From contig NW_021836039.1 of the NCBI RefSeq assembly GCF_006345805.1, positions 1-25,583 on the forward strand: a stretch of DNA of 25,583 nt. The letters run 5' to 3'. The position numbers and the translations under genes were made by a program. Positions 21,746 through 25,583 of this stretch are shown piece by piece (the first letter of the stretch is position 1; every line of letters begins with the position of its first letter). The stretch comes from Octopus sinensis. Lineage: Eukaryota. The notes beneath the pieces are model-generated. The model saw nothing but the letters and a program-made list of their open reading frames with translations, was not told the origin of the DNA and made no database searches.

Positions 21746-21783
<38 letters not shown>

Positions 21784-21919
21784 ACACACACACATATATA
21801 TATATATATATAAATGGACACAAATATTAATAAATATATGTCATAACATTGATACATCACAAAAAGTGATTTACGCAAAGTGAACAACATATATTCCAGA
21901 AATATAATTCACTTATATA
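21613..21919. repeat. Local duplication, copy 1 (copy 2 at 22819-23080)
   Basis: Near-identical unique sequence around a length-variable (CA)n tract. Confidence 0.9.
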
Positions 21920-21943
21920 CATACACATACACACACACATACA

Positions 21944-21974
<31 letters not shown>

Positions 21975-22215
21975 GTTTAGATGGGCTGGACACATCGCCC
22001 AGCTCACCGAAAATCTGTGGACACGCGCAGTTGTCGAGTGGTACCCGCGCGAGTGGAAACGACCACCCGGAAGGCCTCCACGTCGGTGGAGTAACGATTT
22101 CAGGAGGACGATTGGGATCACGTGGATGAGGAAGGCGCGATCCAGAGAGGAGTGGACAGCGTGCTGTGACCAGCGGTGTCAATTGGACGCCCGACGGACT
22201 AGTCGGTCAAGGTGA
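21975..22215 (+). mobile_element. RTE LINE C-terminal fragment
   Basis: RWAGHIAQLTENLWTRAVVEWYPREWKRPPGRPPRRWSNDF...ARSREEW. Confidence 0.9.
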
Positions 22216-22271
22216 TATATATGTATGTATGAATATATGTATGAACGTATGTATATATATGTATATATATG

Positions 22272-22320
<49 letters not shown>

Positions 22321-22722
22321 TACATACATACATACGTACGTACGTACGTACATACATGCATACATACATGCATACATATAACACTTGATTGTATCTAATC
22401 TGTTTTAGAAGTCGGCTATACTTAGACATTTGACTTTGAATTTTATGGATGGACAGATAGGACACAATTCCTACAGCTTCATGTATGGCTGATCCATGCC
22501 ACAAAACAGGTCATTGTTCTAAATTAGAGTAATAACTTTAGATTTATATACGATATGTGTGTACATAACCAGGGAATTATTTTCAAAAGTGATGAGTTGA
22601 ATGCAGTAAATGACATGTTTCCATCTGCCATCACTGCACCACAAACTTCAGATTGATCTCAGGTCATTACAAGGTACATTGTTATTCAATGACTGAAAGA
22701 CTGTGAGAAATAGTTCAACTAC

Positions 22723-22770
22723 CTGATTGGTCCCTTCAGTGCCTGGTCCATGCGTCTTCCTCCACCATGG
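22723..22770 (-). CDS. RING-death domain gene, 48-nt exon upstream of RING (phase 2-2)
   Basis: tttattccacag acceptor, CAG|GTAGTT donor; HGGGRRMDQALKGPI(R) joins in frame to CVFC; ATG at 22751 could be the start. Confidence 0.55.
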
Positions 22771-22818
22771 CTGTGGAATAAATAGCAAGTTACATTTCGT
22801 TACACAGAGACACTTTAA

Positions 22819-23080
22819 TTTACAGTAGAGAATATTATGCGACGCCACAATTAAACAATTACATATGGGCGAATTTGTGAGTATATAAATGCAGACACAG
22901 ACACACAGACACAGACACAGACACACAGACACAGACACAGATACACACACACATACACACATATATATATATAAATGGACACAAATATTAATAAGTATAT
23001 GTCATGACATTGATACATCACAAAAACTGATTTACACAAAGTGAACAACATATATTCCAGAAATATAATTCACTTATATA
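22819..23080. repeat. Local duplication, copy 2
   Basis: Homologous to 21613-21919. Confidence 0.9.
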
Positions 23081-23099
23081 TATATATATATGTGTGTGT

Positions 23100-23285
23100 G
23101 TGTCCGAGTCAGTCGCCATGATAGATTGTTAGCCGCTACACACATTTTTTTCTCTCCTTGTTTCTATCCTTGTTTTTTTTTCCGTGTCCCTTTCTGTAGA
23201 AGAGCGAAGGCTCGAAACGTAAAAGGCTTTTTCTATTCCTTCAACACCACCTGTCATCGTCTTTTGTTTTTTTCGTAAACTCTCC

Positions 23286-23290
<5 letters not shown>
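23100..23290 (+). mobile_element. Penelope-like remnant with minimal hammerhead-like fold
   Basis: 23189-23226: ccttt-ctgtagaa-gagc/gaag/gctc-GAAA-cg-t-a-aaagg; stems I and II pair, palindromic ACGT stem III, non-canonical core. Confidence 0.5.
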
Positions 23291-23368
<78 letters not shown>

Positions 23369-23370
23369 CG

Positions 23371-23406
<36 letters not shown>

Positions 23407-23409
<3 letters not shown>

Positions 23410-24876
23410 GGGGGAAATAAATATTCGTAAATGTCAAAATTCTTTCTTTATTTAAGTTCTAATGAACATAAATGGGATATACCACTATTATATATTTGCA
23501 TACAGATGCATAAACTAAGAATATGCGAAAGAAACTAATAAATTATGGTAACTAAGGAATTTATATACAATTATAAATATTTAGGGGTGAAAAACGTATT
23601 CGTACAGAATATAAATAACTGATAATTTTGATTTGATACTTCGTAGCATAACCATTATTCAGTTCCACTTCAACCAATCTCTTCTTGTAGTTCTTCACCA
23701 ATGACTCGCATGTTTCTTTAGGAATATTTTCCTATTCTTCTTGACAAATTTTCTTCAAATCTGTAATGCATGTTGGGGCTCTTCAATGGGGTTCAAGTCA
23801 GGTGACAGGCTTGGCCATTACAATAATTTTATATTGTGATTGACAATCCATATATGGTAGACTTCACCGTGTGCTTAGGGCCATTACCCTGTTGTAAAAC
23901 CCACCCTTCACAAAGCTGGAGCTTTTCAATAGAGCCCCATAAATTATTGTTCAAAATATTTTGGTACATCTCTGCATTCATTCTACCATCTATCACATGT
24001 AAATTGCCAGTACCATTTGCAGAGAAACACCCCCACACCTCCAATCTTTACGGTAGGAATTGTGTTTTTACTCCAGACATGGGTAAGCGAATTTCGTCCA
24101 AACAATTCAATTTTCGTCTCGTCTGTCCATAGAACATTTTACCAGAATGTATCAGATTTATCTTTATGTTCATAACAAATTTTAAACGGGCATCTCTATG
24201 CCTTTTAGTCAACAGAGGAGTTTTTCTAGGAGAGCGTGACTTCAGTTCATTCCTATGAAAACTCCTTTCTGGTGATTATTGCGTTTTTTTATATTCTTCT
24301 CTTCATTTTTCTTAAAGATCTTGGGGAAATCTTGCGTGGTGCTCCGGATCTTATTCTGTTTTCAACAGTTCCCGATTCCTTATATCTTTGAATAAATGAA
24401 GATATGGTAGTAAGCGGAATACAAAGTGTCTCTGATATTTTCCTGTAACTTTTACCTACTTTCTACAGTTCAATAATTAAGTTTTTCACTGAATTTGTGA
24501 GTTCTTTACTTTTCGCCATTATTGCGATATCACTTTATGTTGTCTCAGTGCTGAATGAAGAAGCTAGTGTTTTGACACTCAAAAATGAAAACTGATAAGA
24601 TTATTGGAATAAACAAGAAATTTTTAGTAAAAAAATATTTTAACAGTATTTTGTGGCATAGAAAATCATACATTTATTCTGTACGAATACTTTTTTCACC
24701 CCTAAATATTTATGATTGTATATAAATTCATTAGTTACTATAATTTATTAGTTTCTTTTGCTTATTCTTAGTTTATGCATCTGTATGCAAATATATAATA
24801 GTGGTATATCCCATTTATGTTCATTAGAAATTAAATAAAGAATTTTGACAGACGAATATTTATTTCCTCCCCACAG
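23407..24876 (-). mobile_element. Decayed full-span Tc1 transposon with ~205-bp TIRs
   Basis: TIRs 23407-~23612 and ~24672-24876, TA flanks; transposase pseudogene from ATG 24519 (MAKSKELTNSVK...RSGAPRKIS...VLWTDETKIELFG...VWGCFSANGTGNL...VLQQGNGPKH) to about 23630 with stops and deletions. Confidence 0.95.
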
Positions 24877-24881
24877 TATAT

Positions 24882-24962
<81 letters not shown>

Positions 24963-24964
<2 letters not shown>

Positions 24965-25377
24965 TTCTCTTTTTTCTCTTTTTACTTGTTTCAGTCATTT
25001 TGACTGCGGCCATGCTGGTGCACCGCCTTTAATCGAGTAACTCGACCCCGGGACTTATTCTTTGTAAGCCCAGTACTTATTCTATCGGTCTCTTTTGCCG
25101 AACCGCTAAGTGACGGGGACATAAACACACCAGCATTGGTTGTCAAGCAATGCTAGGGGGACAAACACAGACACACAAACGTACACACACATACATATAT
25201 ATACATATATACGACGGACTTCTTTCAGTTTCCGTCTACCAAATCCACTCACAAGGCTTTGGTCGGCCCAAGGCTATAGTAGAAGACACTTGCCCAAGGT
25301 GCCACACAGTGGGACTGAACCCGGAACCATGTGGTTGGTAAACAAGCTTCTTACCACACAGCCACTCCTGCGCCTAT
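24963..25377 (-). mobile_element. Full-length SINE family A
   Basis: Head ataggcgcaggagtggctgtgtggtaag...gggttcagtccc, body, internal microsatellite, tail gactgaaacaagtaaaaag. Confidence 0.9.
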
Positions 25378-25505
25378 ATATGTATATATATATATATATA
25401 CATGTATGTATCTATGTATGCATGTATAAATACATATGTATGTATGTATTCATGTATGTACACTAATTGTATGTGTTTGTAGGCGATTTTCTCAGGATAG
25501 CTCAC

Positions 25506-25546
25506 ATGGACATGACTGGCTGGGACAGAGAAGACAGAGGAATAAT
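25506..25546 (-). CDS. Candidate upstream exon of the RING-death domain gene
   Basis: tctctctaccaacag acceptor, AT|GTGAGC donor; IIPLSSLSQPVMS(I), phase 2 out fits exon 22770; ATG at 25513 gives MSIHGGGRRMDQALKGPIRC. Confidence 0.35.
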
Positions 25547-25583
25547 CTGTTGGTAGAGAGATAAATTCCATCACTTCACTATT

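Overview
AT-rich, microsatellite-saturated animal genomic DNA. The SINE/LINE repertoire suggests an octopod cephalopod (inference from recalled repeat families, not a search). Most of the window is repeats: tRNA-derived SINEs, RTE/RTEX, CR1 and Hero-like LINE fragments, a Helitron 3' fragment, a decayed Tc1, Penelope-like remnants and a decayed gag/ORF1-like element. Threaded through them on the minus strand is a multi-exon gene that the ORF track misses. Its exons (22770-22723, 21541-21399, 19514-19464, 16157-16086, 14582-14386, plus two weaker candidates) have GT/AG boundaries and compatible phases, and join into a ~170-190 aa protein with an N-terminal C3HC4 RING and a C-terminal death domain. 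Other notable structures: a 240-bp near-perfect inverted pair carrying two identical type I hammerhead-ribozyme motifs; a SINE-derived 184-bp tandem array with a 368-bp higher-order repeat; old local duplications that copied exon-bearing segments; and weaker signs of an interleaved plus-strand micro-exon gene. All calls were made by eye with no alignments or database searches.
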